DNA of 64,000 nt from Isurus oxyrinchus (taxonomy: Eukaryota), in assembly GCA_026770705.1 (NCBI GenBank), contig JANJGN010000036.1, positions 2,356,001 to 2,420,000 on the forward strand, given 5' to 3'. The position numbers and the translations under genes were made by a program. This document shows, piece after piece, positions 12,740 to 27,344 of the stretch. Position 1 is the first letter of the stretch, and each line of letters begins with the position of its first letter. The notes beneath the pieces were generated by a model, which ran no database searches, was not told the origin of the DNA, and saw only the letters and a program-made list of their open reading frames with translations.

Positions 12740-15400
12740 TAATTTCTCTGCCTCTCACTGTCTCTGTCTCTCTGCTGCACTCTCTCTATCTCTCCCTTTT
12801 TTTCCTTTCTCTCTCTCTGCCTCTCTCTATGTCTGTCTCTCTCTGCCTCTCAATCTCTCTCTCTGCCTCTATATCTCTGTCTCTCCATCTCACTCTTTGT
12901 CTTTCTCTCTCTGCCATACTCTCTCTGCCTCCCCCTGCCACACTTTCTCTCTCTCTCTGCCTCACTCTGTCTTTTTCCTTTTCCTTCTGACTTTTCTCTT
13001 TTTCCCTCTGACTTTTCTTTTTCCCTCTGAAATTTCCCCTCTGAATTTTTTCTTTTCCCCGGCTTTCCTTTCCCCTCTGACTTTTTCCTTTCCCCTCTGA
13101 CTTTCCCCCTCTGTCTTTACCCCTCTGTCTTTTCCTCTCTGTCTTTCCCCCCCTGTCTTTTCCCTCTGTCTTTTCTCTTTTTCCCTGACTTTTTCCCTCT
13201 GACATTTTCCCTCTGACTTTTCTCTTTTTCCTTCCGTCTTTTACCCTTTTTTCCCTCTTGCACTCTATTCCCTCTCTCACTCTATTCCCTCTCTGTCTCC
13301 CTTCACTCCTCTCTTTCTGTCTAACTCCCATCCTCTCTAACCTCCCTGCTTTACTCCTCTCCCCCTTCTCCAATTCTCCCGTGTCTAACTCCTCTCAATC
13401 TCCACCCCTTCCCTGTCAAACTCCACCCCCACTTCCCTGTCCAAATCAGGGTCCCCCATTCTGTGTCCAACTCCACTGCCCCCCTCCACTTTCCGGCCAA
13501 ACTCCACCCCCATGCCCTGTCCAACTCGAACATCCCCTTGCTGTGTCTAATTCCCTCTCCTGTGTCTAATTCCCTCTCCTGTGTCTAATATCCTCTCCTG
13601 TGTCGAACATCCTCTCCTGTGTCTAATTCCCTCTCCTGTGTCTAATATCCTCTCCTGTGTCGAACATCCTCTCCTGTGTCTAATTCCCTCTCTCCAATTC
13701 CCTCTCTCCAATTCCCTCTCTCTCTGTTTAATTCCCCCCTCTCTAATTACTCTCTCTCTCTCTGGCTAATTTCTCTTTTTTCCTCAGACTGTTCTCTTTT
13801 TCCTTCTGGCTTTTCTCTTTTTCCCTCTGACTTTTCCCTTTTCCCTCTGACTTTTCCCTCTGTAGTCTTTTCCCTCCCTTTATTCCCTCTCTATTCCCTC
13901 TCTATGCCTTCTCTCCCTCTCTCTATCCCCGCTCTCTAACTCCACTTCTCTTTCTGTCTAACTCCTGTCCTCTCTCTGTCTAACTCAGTATCTCTGTCTA
14001 ACTCTCCTTCCTCTCTCTCTGTCTAACTCTCCCTCCTCTCTCTCTGTCTAACTCCCCTCCCCTCTTTCTGTCTAACTCCCCCTCCCCCTCTGTCTAACTC
14101 CCCCCTACTCTCCCTAACTCCCCTCCTCTCTAACTACCCTCCCCCTTCTCTTCCCCCCATCTAACTCCTCTCCAACTCCCTGTCCAAGTCCACAACCCCT
14201 CCGTCCAACAACCCCCTCCCTGTCCAACAACCCCCTCTTTGTTTCATCCCCATCCTCTGTCTCATTCCCTTGTCTAATTCTCCCCTCCTGTCTAATTCTC
14301 CCCTCTTGTGTCTAATTCTCCCCTCTTGTGTCTAATTCCCTCTCCTGTGTCTAATTCCCTCTCCTGTGTCTAATTCCACTCTCTCCTGTGTCTAATTCCA
14401 CTCTCTCCTGTATCTAATTCCCTGTCCTGTGTGTAATTCCACCCTCTCCTGTGTCTTAATTCCACTCTCTCCTGTGTCTAATTCCACCGTCTCCTGTGTC
14501 TAATTCCACCCTCTCCTGTGTCTAATTCCACTCTTTCCTGTGTCTAATTCCACTCTCTCCTGTGTCTAATTCCATTCTTTCCTGTATCTAATTCCACTTT
14601 CTCCTGTGTCTAATTACTCTCTCTGTCTAATTTCTCTTTTTCCCTCTGATTTTTCTCTTTTTCCCTGTCTTTTTCCCTCTGACTTTTCCCTTTTCCCTCT
14701 GTAGTCTTTTCCCTCCCTCTATTCCCTCTCTATTCCCTCTCTCCCTCTCTCTATTCCCTCTCTCTAACTCCCCTCCTCTTTCTGTCTAACTCCTGTCCTC
14801 TCTCTGTCTAACTCAGTCTCTCTGTCGAACTCCCCTTCCCCTCTCTCTAACTCCCCTCCCCTCTCTCTGTCTAACTCCCCTCCCCCTCTGTCTAACTCCC
14901 CTCCCCTCTCTCTAACTTCCCTCCCCTCCTCTGTCTAACTCCCCTCTCCTCTGTCTAACTTCCCTCCCCTCTCTCTGTCTAACTCCCCCTACTCTCCCTA
15001 ACTCCCCTCCTCTCTAACTCCCTCCCCCCACTTCTCTAATTCCACCCCTGTCCAACTCCTCTCCAACTCCCTGTCTAACTTCAGCCCGTCCCTGTCTAAC
15101 AACTCACATTGTCTCATCCCCATCCTCTGTCTAATCCCCTTGTCTAATTCCCCCTCCTGTCTAATTGCCGCTCCTGTCTAATTCCCCTTCGTGTCTAAAT
15201 TCCCACTCCCCTCATCTAATTAACCCTCTCTTTCTAATTCCACTCTCTCCAATTCCCTCTCTAACTATAATTCCCCCTCTTTAATTATTCTCTCTCTCTG
15301 TGTAATTCCCTCCATCTCTGTGTCTAAATCCTCACCCTATCTGTCTAATTACTGCCCCCCCTTGTCTAATTCCGCCCCTCCTGTGTATAATTTTAATGAC
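12740..15400 (+). repeat. Pyrimidine-rich low-complexity/minisatellite tract (CT-rich, ~19-21 bp CCCTCTCCTGTGTCTAATT units)
   Basis: Direct reading; includes an internal ~840-bp tandem duplication (13770-14300 vs 14630-15170). Confidence 0.85.
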
Positions 15401-15739
15401 CCCTCTAACCCGACCCCAGCCCCCAGTGAGGGAGCAGAGACGTCAAGAGGGAAAGATGAAACTGGGCTGGAATTAGGCTCGGTGTCATGGTGCAAACTGG
15501 ATGCTTGGCAATGTCTGCTCCCTTTACACATCCCTCCCCCTGTTTCCACAACCTAATGGGAATAAACCTCGGCAGAGATGGCAAACAGGATGATCTGAAT
15601 CATTCTCACCCCTATAATACCGTGGCAACGAGTCCAACTCTCCCCCAGACAGAGGGACAGAGACACACAAAGAAGAGAGTTCCAGGGAGATAGGCAGAAC
15701 TGAGAGCGACAGAGATAGTTTCCCTCTCCCTGCCTGAGA

Positions 15740-16045
15740 GCAGAGAAAGCGAGAGATGGGCAGACAGAGAGCAAGGGATGGGCGAACAGAGAGAGCGTGA
15801 GATGGGCAGACAGAGAGAGCGCGAGATGGGCAGACAGAGAGAGCGTGAGATGGGCAGACAGAGTGAGTGAGAGATGGGCAGACAGAGTGAGTGAGAGATG
15901 GGCAGACAGAGAGAGCGCGAGATGGGCAGACAGAGAGAGAGCGCGAGATGGGCAAACAGAGAGATCAAGAGATATACAGAGTGAGAGTGAGAGATGGGCA
16001 GAGAGTGAGAGCGAGAGATGGGCAGAGAGAGCGAGAGATGTAGAG
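15740..16045 (+). repeat. ~24-bp minisatellite GAGATGGGCAGACAGAGAGAGCGC
   Basis: About 11 tandem units. Confidence 0.9.
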
Positions 16046-16942
16046 ACAGAGCATGCTGCTGTGATGTAGATCAAAACAATGATCCACAGAGAGAGAGAGA
16101 AAGATGTGCAGAGAGAGAAAGATGCTGAGAGGCTGAGAGACAATGTGAGATGTAGAGAGAAATAGAGGAGCTGAGGTGGGGGGAGATTGGAAAGAACTGA
16201 GTGACAAAGTTTCAGAGAGAGAGATGCAGAGAGATTTGTAGGAAGGGATAAAAAGTGAAACTTATCATAATTCAGAGAGGTCGAGATACAAAGGATGTGG
16301 AGAGATGCGATTTGAAAGAACGATGTGAGGAAACAGTGAGGAACATGGAGGGAGGAGCAGAGATAGAGTCGCAGGAAGAGGTGGAGGGATTGAACTCAGT
16401 GGGATTATATTGGGATCGCTGCAGCACTGTCTCTTAACCTGGACCCCCTGAGTAACATCCCCCTTCCCCAACCTCCCGACACTGAACCCAATCGTCGGTG
16501 TGAATATTCCACAAGTCCTTTCTCTGGGAATAGGAATGAGTGACAAAGACACGGATACATTTTTATTATTAGTTTTCTCTCTGGTTTTAGCTCTTGTCCG
16601 AGGATTCCTCACGGCAAATCGATTCCCTCTCTGCATCGTCAATGCTCAGCTTCCAAATCCATTCTCCTTGGGACAGAGAGAGAGAGAAATGGAAATTGTT
16701 TAAAATAAAGCAAAGATTATTGAAACAAAAAGGACAGAGCAAGATCCCAGGGCTCTTCTCACTCACTTACATCCACAATCTCGGACAGGGCGGTGGAGTG
16801 CGGGGAGAGGCACCATTTGAAAAACACATCCCCTGTTATTAAACACAGACAATGGGAAGAGATTTAAAAGCAGATAAAGGTGTAAATGCCTCGTGACCAC
16901 CCGTCTCCCTCTGTCTTTAACCTGCCAGCTCCAGCTGCTTTA

Positions 16943-18004
16943 AAACAAAAACAGAATTACCTGGAAAAACTCAGCAGGTCTGGCAGCATTGGCGGAGAAG
17001 AAAAGAGTTGACGTTTCGAGTCCTCATGACCCTTCGACAGAACTTGATTTCGAGTCCAAGAAAGAGTTGAAATATAAGCTGGTTTAAGGTGTGTGTGTGG
17101 GGGGGCGGAGAGATAGAGAGAGAGAGAGGTGGTTGTGTAGACAAACAAGCAATGATAGAAGCAAATCATCAAAAGATGTCAGCGACAATGGTACAATAGA
17201 ACACATAGGTGTTAAAGTTAAAGTTGGTGATATTATCTAAACGAATGTGCTAATTAAGAATGGATGGTAGGGCACTCAAGGTACAGCTCTAGTGGGGGTG
17301 GGGGGAGCATAAAAGATTTTAAAATATTTAAAAATAATGGAAATAGGTGGGAAAAGAAAAATCTATAAAATTTATAGGGAAAAAAAAGGGGAAAAAGGGG
17401 GAAACAGAAAGGGGGTGGGGATGGGGAAGGGAGCTCACGACCTAAAGTTGTTGAATTCAATATTCAGACCGGAAGGCTGTAAAGTGCCTAGTCGGAAGAT
17501 GAGGTGCTGTTCCTCCAGTTTGCATTGGGCTTCACTGGAACAATGCAGCAAGCCAAGGACAGACATGTGGGCAAGAGAGCAGGGTGGAGTGTTAAAATGG
17601 CAAGCGACAGGGAGGTTTGGATCATTCTTGAGGACAGACCGCAGGTGTTCTGCAAAGCGGTCACCCAGTTTACGTTTGGTCTCTCCAGTGTAGAGGAGAC
17701 CACATTGGGAGCAACGAATGCAGTAGACTAAGTTGGGGGAAATGCAAGTGAAATGCTGCTTCACTTGAAAGGAGTGTTTGGGCCATTGGATGGTGAGGAG
17801 AGAGGAAGTGAAGGGGCAGGTGTTACATCTTTTGCGTGGGCATGGGGTGGTGCCATAGGAGGAGGTTGAGGAGTAGGGGGTGATGGAGGAGTGGACCAGG
17901 GTGCCCCGGAGGGAGCGATCCCTACGGAATGCCGATAAGGGGGGTGAAGGGAAGATATGTTTGGTGGTGGCATCATGCTGGAGTTGGCGGAAATGGCGGA
18001 GGAT
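16943..18004 (-). mobile_element. 5'-truncated Penelope-like element (GIY-YIG region 17435-17764; hammerhead motif 17006-17044)
   Basis: Near-identical to 1727-2770; 9-bp direct repeat GCTGCTTTA at 16934-16942 and 18005-18013. Confidence 0.92.
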
Positions 18005-18379
18005 GCTGCTTTACTGCCTCTTTGTAAAAAACACACAAACACTCATTAATTCCCCCTCACCGTCCCGCTCCCATTCACTGCCCCCACCCCCTCTATCTGC
18101 TCACTCCAGGGCTGCTGCTGTTTGGACACAAAATATTCACATTGCACTTTCCACTTCTAACACTGTCACCTCTCCCTCTCCCTTTCTCACTCTGTTTCTC
18201 TCCCCCTCTCTCTGTAAACATCTAGCCCACTCCATCCCTGCTAATATTTCCCTCTCGCTCTCTCTCCCGCTTGATAATCTGTCGCTATCTCTGTTCTTTT
18301 TCCATTCTTCAGGATTGAACTTGATTGAAAGGCACTCTGAAAAGTACCTCTCTGACCATTTGAAATAATGATGCACTGT

Positions 18380-21300
18380 GGCCATGTTTTATATTTATCG
18401 ATGATTTACTGAGAAATGGGGGGGGGGCGGAAATGAGAACAATCCTTAATCAGCTCGTCAGTAAACTGAACTCAGGGAAGGTAGCCATGGTTGCAGTGCA
18501 GGACAGGCTGCAGGCCAGACATGCACAGCAAGATCCCATAAGCAAGGTGATTGTAGCCATGTATCCTTCCACCCGCCCCACGCCCAGAAATGCCTAATCT
18601 TCCTCTTTTAGACTGGGGTCAGGTGGGGTGGGGAAATGATTGTTTTGCAAAACGTTTGAAGACTTCAGAGAAAACACTGAGTGGAATTAAACCCACAATC
18701 CCCACCCCGTCTTATTCATCACCTGGCCTTCAACACAGGGAAGATAACAATAAATAAACAATTTAAAAATAACTAGCACAGTGGCACATTTAGACATTCA
18801 ATTCAAGGAGCTCAAACATTGGACAGTCAATACATTAATGTTTACAATTGCAGCGCACAGCAGGATCCCACAAAGAGCACCACGAGGGACATGGCCACAA
18901 TGCAGAAACTCCAGATCCTGTGTCTCCCTCATAACCGCCCCTCCTTCCATCTGTTACCTCTCCACTCAATATTTCCCTCAATCTATCCTCTTTCCCACCT
19001 CTCCCCCTCTCTCCCGCTCTCTGTTTCTCACATGCCAGAATATGGAGAGGCAGAGAGAGAGAGAGAGAAAACCACAGTCAGGGCCTCAATAAACTCTGTT
19101 CAAAATGGTTCCTGCACATTTCATTAAAGCCTCAATTCATCGCAGTGTCTAAAACAGCAGCATTATTCGGGGAAACAGCTTCATGTGAACAAGTTTCACT
19201 TCAGGCCCTCCCGCCTGCTTCACCAGTCGGTAAATTAATTTTTAAATTGTGCTCCCTGCTGGTCATTTGGAAAACCCTGTTGGTGTTTGCGCACAGAAAG
19301 ATCCCACACACTGCAGTCTGCTCACAGTCAGATCAAAGTAGTTTAGGTTGAGAATTGGTGAAAAGGCAAGGCAGGGAAATATCTTTAAACAAGATAGCAC
19401 AGAATGGCCCCTCAGTGACACAGATTGTTTTCACAAATCCAACATTCTGGAAGGCTGAGATTGAGGGTCTTTTCTCCAGGGACTGGGAGCCGGGCAGTGA
19501 CTGCACGCCAGAGACCCCCAGGTCCTCGTCTCTTCCCTCCCTGGCCCTCCATCTTCCTGTTTTCCTCCCTCTCCCCTTTCTCTCTCCCTCCCTGATAAGT
19601 CACAATTGAAAGAGGGAGAGAGAGACAGCAAGAAAGCACACAATCACATCCTCAATCAAATGAATTCAACAGGCTGCTGCACATTTTGTTTCACCATCAC
19701 ATTCATCTCCTGAAACACGGGCCTTATTGGGAAGTTCAGACAATGCTCAGCCCCTCCCTCAAGGGCCCTGAAATTAGGTCGTGAATTGGGCCCAGTCACA
19801 GATTGTGCATTAAATCTCAGGGACAGGAACAGGCCCCAGTCTAACAGAACATTCCTCTCCCTCCACAGCTCAGCCCAAACCTCACAGACAGGGCTGGAGG
19901 TAGTGAGAGGAAAATGGGACCCACTCCCCATCAACCCCCACTCCAACCCCCTCCACCCACCACCCCACAATTCAAACAAGGGCAAATCACACTGGGACTT
20001 TTCTATCAGTTTACTACAAGATGAAGTAAAGAAAGAAATGTCTGGAAAGAGAGAGGGAGAGAGAAAGCTGGAGTGACAGAAACAGGGAAATTCCACCCCC
20101 TCCCCCAGAAACCCTCAACCTCCCACAAAGACAATCCTGGGGTTTAGAACAAGCCTTTACCCAGGATCAGGGTCTTTTCATTTGAATGACAGTCAATGAA
20201 CTGGTTTTTCTTTAACATCGTGTGGTGCCTGTTGGAGTTCAGGAAAAGTTGCAGGCCATTTCTGCACAGGGGGATCCCACAGGCAGCAATGTGATGCTAT
20301 CCGGATGGGGACAGGGAGACAGATTCCTTCCCGAGCCTCATGCCTGCTGTAATCCTCCCTCTCCCTCTACCCCGGGCACCATGTGTGCTCTGCGTCTGGA
20401 CACATCCCCAGAAAGGCCTAAACTCCCTCTTTAAAGCTGGAACAAGCTGCTGCTACCTTGTTGAGAATTTTTGAAATCTCCATCCCAGCATTGATTTTTA
20501 CAAACCAGGCATGCCCAGGAGCGTGTGACTGAGGCTTTTCTGCAGGGACTGAGATCTGGGCACTGACTCCACACTGGAGACCCCCCTCCCCATATCCTAT
20601 GTCTCTTCCTTACCCCTTACCCCCTGCCTCTGTTTCACTGTCTTTTCCTGTTTCCCTCACTCTCCTCTCTCTCTCTCTGTTGTAACGTCGGGACAAATAG
20701 AGAGACAGACTGAATTCAAATGATTTGCTCCAGCTTCCAATTCATCGCCCTGCCTAAAACACCAGCAGTATTCAGGAATTATCACAATCTTTTACACACT
20801 TTCACAGTTTGGAATTGGTAAAGGCTCCTGAGGGACTGGAAATTAGTCCAATCAGCACATTTTAAAAATTTAACTCATTGTGGCACAGTATGAAACACTG
20901 CAGGCATATTGTGCAGAGCAAGATCCCACAGGGGGCAGTCAGTTTTGGTCAGCACTTCTTAAACTGGGCAAATATTTACACACAGAGAGAGGGAGCAATT
21001 TGGAGAGAGACTAAGACAGTGCAGACCTCCCCCCTTCAGAAGCTCACAAAGACTGAGTGCTTTTCAGTGAAGGAATTAATTTTGAAAATACACTCATTGT
21101 TAGTGAGTCACTTGCTTCACCGCCCCTCGCTTCATTTTTGCAATTCAGCTTTTCTAGAAGGAGGTGACTGGGAGCTGGGCAGAGTCTACACATTGGAGAC
21201 CCCCAGACCCTGTGTCCATTCACCCCCGTCTTGTTTTGCTATCTCTGCCCCTCTGTTTCCCCTCACTCACTCCCCCTTTGTTTCTCTCTCTCTCTTCACC

Positions 21301-22900
21301 CATTTCTCTTATTAAGGGAGAAAGATGGAGAGACCGAGGGAGAGAGAAGAGGCTGAGAATTTTACAATCAGATCAGTGAAGTGAATTAAATTGGCTATTG
21401 AGCCTTTACCTTTCACTGTTACATTAATTGCTCTCAGACACGCGCCCTGTGTTCTTGGTGAATTGGACCCGGGTACAAGTTCTGGCCTTTTTAATCCCAC
21501 ACCCCTGTGAGTGCTGGATAGAAATGCACTCTGGAAAGTTCCTGTCTTACTATCTCAAACAAAAATGCACACCGCACTGGCCATGTTTTATATTGACAAT
21601 TCCACAATCTGATCCCCCCCCCCTCAGTCAATGAAATAGTTATTAGGGCTGCAATTAAGGCATTTCTGCACAGCAGGATCCCATGAGCGGTCCCACAATG
21701 GAGGAGTACACCCCCAAGACCCTGTGTCTCCTTCCCCAGCCTCTGAGCCCGCAACTCACCCACTCCCTCTCTGTTGAACTCTCCCTCATTCTGTTCCTCT
21801 TTCTCTCTCTGCCCCCACCTCTCCCTCCACACCCTCTTCCTTCCCCTCATTCTTTCATTTTTAAAATGTGGTCACTCTTGTGGAGGGCAAGGAACAGGTC
21901 AGGGTGCGGGGGGCAGACCAAGTGTACGCAGAAAGATCCCACTCCCCACCTGCATGTGCCCAGTTAAAAACGTTTTGGTTGAGAATTGGGGGAAAGTGAG
22001 TGGGGAATGGGCCTCACCCCCTCTCTCTCCCCCAACACCCCCCCCCCAATTAAAATAACCACAGATCACATTGGTATTTTTATACATTTTATTGAAAGAT
22101 GAAATATGGACAGAATTGACTGTAGAGGGAGAGAGAGAAAGATGGAGAGACAGAGACTGAGGGCTGCTCTCCCCCGACCCTCACCACCAGCACCCCCCAG
22201 AGCTATATTAAACTGAATTCAAATGGCTGCTGCCCCTTCCATTTAACCCAGGAAACCCTGTGCCCCGGCCTGTCTAACACTCACAGACATGACTCTGGGG
22301 GTGAAAAGAAGCCTTCACAAAGGCTCCAGATTCTCATTTCAGGCTCTCTCTCTCTCGCCAACTGCTTCACCTTCCATGAACCCATTTTTATCAAGTGTGG
22401 TCACTGATGCAGTTCAGGAAAGGCTGCAGGCCTCTGTGTTTTTTTTTACACAGCAGGGATCCCATGACTTTCCCTATCTCCACACCTGTTGTGAAAGCCT
22501 CTCTCTCCCCCCCTTCCCCGTGTGGATTCCCCAGTCTGGGGTCATCTCCTCAGTTCCGCCCCACCCTCCCCCAACACAACCCCCTGAAAGGGCTGAAACT
22601 CAAACTGGGAAGCAGCTGGATTCTCCCAGGAGACATTTTTAAAATCACTCCCTCAGGATTTCAGCTGGTGTAAAATCCCACTTTCAGGAAGGCCCTGACT
22701 GGGAGCTGGGCAGTGACTGCAAACAAGGAGCCCTCTCACCCCCAGGACCCTGTGTCTTTTAACCCCCCAACCCAAATCCGCTCTGTTTTGTTATCTCACC
22801 CCCTCTTTCCCCTGACCTCTCCTTTCTCTCTCTCATGTGGGAAAAGGCCACAGGCCACTGTGGGCACAGCAAGATCAGCTGGATGGAGAGAGAGTGAAAT
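18380..22900 (+). repeat. Old degenerate array of SINE-derived modules
   Basis: About 9 co-oriented copies of a CACAGCA(A/G)GATCCCA-like motif and 4 copies of GACTGGGAGCTGGGCAG-like sequence at 0.3-1 kb spacing. The first motif resembles a common shark SINE segment (from memory, Deu-domain SINE-like). Confidence 0.45.
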
Positions 22901-24489
22901 CCACAAACAGAAGCAGCAAAAACTGCATTAAAACGGTTCCCCCTGTCCTCATCTGTCTCCAGAAGGTGCTTAACTCCCTGTCTTATTTTGGAATTATAAC
23001 AAGCTTTTAAACAGCTTCAGGTTTCAGATTTTTAATCTCTTTCTCACACACCAAAGGTTTAATGTGTTTGTGATTAATTGCAAGGCCGTGCTATTTTAAA
23101 GAGCCCAGGATTCCATCCCCATCCTTCACAGTTACACTATCTCTCAGCAACATCCTAATACAAAAATATCCCAGTTATAAACCCGAGGCTAAAACAGATT
23201 GAGAGACCGGTCGGTCCCTCCCCTATGTTTCTCTTTGTATCTCTCTCTCCTTAACTCACTCACAACCCAGTCCCCCTCACACTCTCTCTCTCTCTCTGTC
23301 TCAGAGATAAAAACTAAAACTTGATCGGGATAATAAACAGACACACCTCACGTGGGCGAAGCCTGTGGACCAGGCCTCAGTCTATCCCCCTCTGGAAGAA
23401 GCTCCTTGTCCTTGTCTCAAACTTTCCCTCTTTGCATCCTCACCTTCCAGGTTTCAGATTACAAATTTCTCAGTAGAAAAAGAGATAAAATTGGTTAAAA
23501 AGACAAAAGCAAGGACATTTTTTCAAAACAATATCGCACAGCCAGAGTTTCCATTCTCAAGTCAATCTCTCAGCAACTTCCCAACACAAACAAATCACAG
23601 TTTGAAAGCGGAATGAGACACATAGAAACACACACAGACATTGAACCAGAGTGAGGAGGGTGTTCATTCTCTCCAGAGAGAGAGTGTACAGGGAGTTTGT
23701 TGGATTGGGACTGGTTTGGGAATATCTTGATCCACATTGATCCTGAGTGAGCTCTATACAGACTCCACCCCCTTATTCTCGGATATGTTTGGAATGTCTC
23801 TCAGTCTCTCCCCTAGGAGCCCCGTCCATTGAATGTTAATCCCAGGACAGGACACCTTGCTGATCCTGTCAATTGAGGTGTTAATCCCAGGACAGACATG
23901 GTTTCAACAAGGGTCTGTCTTTATTTTTGGGTTAATTTTAAATCTATCTTTCTTTCCCCTATTGGTTGTGGGTACTCCAGTTCCAAACCCTGATCTCACA
24001 CAAAGCCCTAAAACACTGGCAGTAACTCGCTCCCCCACGACACACAGGAAGTAGACAGAGAATGGGGCTTTTTACTGAGGTTGTGTCTGTGGATGTTTTA
24101 CTGACCTCACTGTGGATTGTACAGTTTGTGAGTTTGTCCCTCTGTGTGTGTCCCTCTGTGTGTGTCTCTGTGTGTGTGTCTCTGTGAGTGTGTGTGTGCG
24201 TGTGTCTTGTCTGTCTGTGTACATTTGTGTGTCTGTGTGTATGTGTCTGTGTGTGTGTGTCTGTGTACATCTGTCTTCTGGAGTATCTCCCTGTCTCCTG
24301 ACACTTCCTGCGCTGCCTGGTGCAGACATGTAAAGAACTCGAGTTAGACACAACCTCAAACCCCTGCCCTCAATTTGAAGAGTAATTACTCTCTTTCTTA
24401 CCACCCATTACCCACTTTCTTCCCACCCAGATGAAAGATCATCCTCACTGTGAGGGGTAATAAATTATCTCATCCCATTTCTTACTCAT

Positions 24490-24850
24490 CTCTCTCTCCC
24501 TCTCACCCCAACCCTCTCTCCCTCTCAACCTAACCCTCTCTCCCTCTCCCCCAACTCTCTCTCCCTCTCACCCCAACCCTCTCCCCCTCTCACCCCAACT
24601 CTCTCTCCCTCTCATCCCAACTCTCTCTCCTTCTCACCCCAACTCTCTTCCTCTCACCCAACCCTCTCCCCCTCTCACCCCAACACTCTCTCCCTCTCAC
24701 CCCAAATCTCTCTCCCTCTCACCCCAACCCTCTCTCCCTCTCAACCCCAAGCTCTCTCTCTCTCCTCACTTTCCCTCTCTCTCCCTATCTCTCTCCCTCT
24801 CACCCCATCTCTCTCCCTCTCACCCCATCTCTCTGTCTCGCCATATCTCC
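24490..24850 (+). repeat. ~21-bp minisatellite CTCTCTCCCTCTCACCCCAAC
   Basis: Tandem units read directly. Confidence 0.85.
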
Positions 24851-25229
24851 CTCTCGCCTCACCTCATCTACCTCTCGCTCCCACACACACCCTCTCTCTC
24901 TCTCCCTCTCTCACTCACACCACACATTCTCTCTCACACAATAACACACACACACAGATATATTCTCATACACAGACACATGCACACACATACACATACA
25001 CACAGTCACACTCACACAGATACTTCTCACTTTCACACACACAAACGTACACACATTCTCTCTCCATCCCTACACACTCACACACACACATTCTCTCTCT
25101 CCCTCATGCACGCACACACGTTTTCTCTCCCGCTCTCTCACACACACACACACATGCACACACACTCTCACACACACATACGCACTCACAAACTCGCACA
25201 CCCTACCTCTCTCAAATTCACTCCTGCAA

Positions 25230-26460
25230 TCTCTCACACACAGTCTCTCACACAATCTCTCTCATGCTCTCACTCAGACACAAACCCTCTCACACACAAT
25301 CCCTCTCACGCGCAATCGCCCTCACATGCAATTCCCCTGACATGCAATCCCTCTCACAAGCAATATCCCTCACATGCAATCCCCCTCACATGCATGCCCT
25401 CTCACACGCAATCCCCCGCACACGCGGTACCCCTCACACACAATCCATTTCAGACACAATCCGCCACACACTCAATCCCCCCTCACATGCGATCCCTCTC
25501 ACACTTAATCACCCGACACGCAATCCCCCTCCTACTCAATCCCCTTCACATGCAACCCCCTGACACGCAATCCCTCTCACTTGAATACCCCTCACACGCA
25601 ATCCCCCAACACGCAATCCCCCAGCACGCAATCCCCCTCACATGCAATCTCCCTCACACACAATCCCACTCACATGCAATCCCCCTCACACGCAATCCCC
25701 CTCATATGCAATCCATTTCACACACAATCCCTCTCACACACAAACCCTCTCACACACAATCCCTCTCACACAATCCCTCTCACTTAATCCCTCTCATACA
25801 CAATCCCCCTCACACACAATCCCTCTCACACACAATCCCTCTCACACACAACCCCTCTTACACACAATCCCCCTCACACACAGTCACTCTCACACACAAA
25901 CCCTCTCACACACAATCCTCCTCACACACAATCCCGCTCACACACAATCGATCTCACACACAATCCCTCTCACACACAATCCCTCTCACACAATCGATCT
26001 CACACACAATCCCTCTCACACACAATCCCTCTCTCACTTAATCTCCGTCACACACAATCCCCCTCACACACAATCCCTCTCACACAATCGATCAAACACA
26101 CAAACCCTCTCACACACAATTGCTCTCACACACAAACCCTCTCTCACTTAATCTCCGTCACACACAATCCCCCTCACACACAATCCCCCTAACACACAAT
26201 CCTCCTCACACACAATCCCTCTCACACACAATCCCCCTCACACACAATCCCCCTCACACACAATCCCTCTCACACACAATTCCCCTCACACACAATCCCT
26301 CTCACACGCAATCCCCCTCACACACAATCCCTTTCACATACAATCCCTCTCACACACAATCCCCCTCACATACAATTCCCCTCACACACAATCCCTCTCA
26401 CACACAATCCCCCTCACACACAATCCCCCTCACAGACAATCCCCCTCACCACAATCTCTC
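25230..26460 (+). repeat. ~16-bp minisatellite CACACACAATCCC(T/C)CT
   Basis: About 70 tandem units; explains the spurious H/T/P/S-rich ORFs. Confidence 0.9.
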
Positions 26461-27344
26461 ACACACTCGCTCTCACACATTTCCTCTCTCTCTCACACGC
26501 ACTCTCTCTTCCCCCAAGGTCTCTCTCCCTACACACCCTCTACACTCCCAGCTGACCCCCCCTCCCCCGCAACCCCCCTACGTTCTCTCCATTTTTGGAT
26601 GAGAAAGAGATGGTGACAGAGGCTGGAGATCCCTTATGAACCCGTTTCTCAGCCTCTCTTTCTCTCTCACCCCTTCTCTCTCAGTCTCTGTCCCACTCTG
26701 TCTCTTGCCCCAACTCTCCCTTGCCCTGGATCCTTGGCACTCTCTGTCCCTCTCTCTCACTCCATTTCTCTCACCTCAGGCCTCGGTCACTATCGCTCCC
26801 TCTCTCTTTTCCCCATCTCTCTGTCGCTCCTTGTCCTTTTCTCTCTTACCCCATGTCTCTCTCTCTTGCACTGTCTCACTACTGCTCTCTTTCCCTCGCT
26901 CCAAATCTCTCTCTCTCTGTCCCTCTCTCTCTCACCTGGTGTCTCTCTCTCTTTCTCTCTCTCTCTTTCTCTGTCTCTCGCCTTCTCCCTCTTGCTCTGT
27001 CCAGATCTATCTCTCTCTCTGTCTCTCTATCTTTCTGTTTGACTCTGTCTCTCTCTCTCATCCTGTCTTGCTCCCTCTCTCCCTGTCCCTCTCTCTTGCC
27101 CAGTATTTTTTGGGCACAAATTGGATGTGAAGCTGAGGGGAAAATATTTGCAGGGTTAGGGGCAAAGGGCGGACAAGTGAGGACAGCAAAACTGCTCTTG
27201 CAGAGAGTCGACAGTAGCTCGATGGGCTGAATGGCCTCCTCCTGCTGTAACCGTTTTGTGATACACACACATATTATGTTTTCATTCCCAAATAAGCTTT
27301 AATCCTTCCTCCATTGTAGGTTCCAGCACTTACACGTCACATGT

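Noticed and set aside
12740-15400. Switch-region-like strand-asymmetric repeat
   Set aside because: Lacks dense AGCT/GAGCT motifs, lies ~46 kb from a light-chain (not heavy-chain) gene, and similar CT-rich tracts occur throughout the window.
24076-24114. Possible orphan RSS (CACTGTG at 24108)
   Set aside because: No convincing nonamer at 12 or 23 bp and no adjacent J- or V-like coding sequence.
24980-26602. Long His/Thr/Pro/Ser-rich ORFs (up to 353 aa)
   Set aside because: Translations of CA-rich minisatellites that lack stop codons.
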